Part shown: positions 63,326 to 64,000 of the stretch, piece by piece
How the letters are laid out: the number at the start of each line of letters is the position of its first letter
How positions within the stretch are numbered: the stretch's first letter is position 1
Assembly (NCBI GenBank): GCA_013239625.1
Contig: MU054187.1
Span: 22,385,280-22,449,279, forward strand
Reading direction: 5' to 3'
DNA from: Lama guanicoe
Lineage: Eukaryota
DNA: 64,000 nucleotides
The notes under the pieces: model-generated
Told to the model about the DNA's origin: nothing
Databases searched by the model: none
The model's input: only the letters and a program-made list of their open reading frames with translations
Made by a program: the position numbers and the translations under genes

Positions 63326-64000
63326 TTAAACCAAGACTATATATATTTAATAGTTAAACTGTACAATATCTTCATCTATAAGCTGGATCTCCACTCACAC
63401 AGTGTTTATTGTGACGCTTACATTAAAGAATGTATGTAATAGTACATTACGTGTGTTTTTAAGTGCCACGCAACTTTATGTTATTAAATGAAGTGTGAGA
63501 ACTGATTATGTGTTGAAATAGATAATTTTATTTGCTGTGTATGTTCCATCTTCAGGCAAAATAGAACCATTTGGAACCATCTCTGTCATTTGCAGTTTAA
63601 GTTTGCGTTTCCTGGCTGCTGTAGGCACGCGCTCTTGAGTCTGAGGATTGATTTATACAGAACAAAGGGAGAACGTAGTGTGGAGGTGGGAATCTGGATT
63701 CAGAAAGAGTTTTAAGCAGTTGGAACAGACAGTCTCTTGCCTGGTTGGCAGTTTCCCAGTCTGCACAGTGTTTGAAATGTAAAGTTTAAAGTTTTTATTT
63801 AAACTTTACAGTTCCTTTCAAGTAACTTACCCTATGCCTTTATCCTCAGCAATTACCTTTCTGTCTAATTCACCACTGAAGTCCCTCAATTTTCTTTTAA
63901 TCTCCCTCCAGATGAATCAGCACCTTCCCTTATCCTTAGGTTCCTTACTTACTGTACAGAGAAGAAACATCTTTTTCTTGGAAGGCTGACTACGCAGCAT

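Overview
Mammalian genomic DNA, very probably camelid: six copies of a tRNA-derived SINE match the vic-1-type camelid family, and the young L1 3' ends look cetartiodactyl-type. No protein-coding exon can be identified with confidence, and the listed ORFs are either spurious or decayed L1/ERV fragments. The left ~42 kb is AT-rich and dominated by repeats: young and old L1s (including a triple-nested L1 block at ~31.1-39.2 kb), L2, MIR, MaLR/ERVL LTRs, an ERVL internal fragment, and hAT and Tigger DNA transposons. A TATA-less CpG-island promoter lies at ~42.8-43.9 kb, with GC boxes, an inverted CCAAT, ETS and NRF1-like sites, a 252-N assembly gap and a (GGC)n tract. It is followed by ~20 kb that looks like the first intron of an unidentified + strand gene. 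I found no clearly new biological system. The best second-look items are a TSD-flanked probable L1 3' transduction (6756-7268), a retrocopied mRNA 3' end just upstream of the promoter (41374-41676), a ~110 bp diverged inverted repeat pair (20365-21431), a duplicated 60 bp hairpin-bearing module (9221 and 12450), CpG-rich patches inside ancient L2s, and candidate small cassette exons. Repeat subfamily names are recalled from consensus sequences, not from a database search, and most repeat boundaries are approximate.
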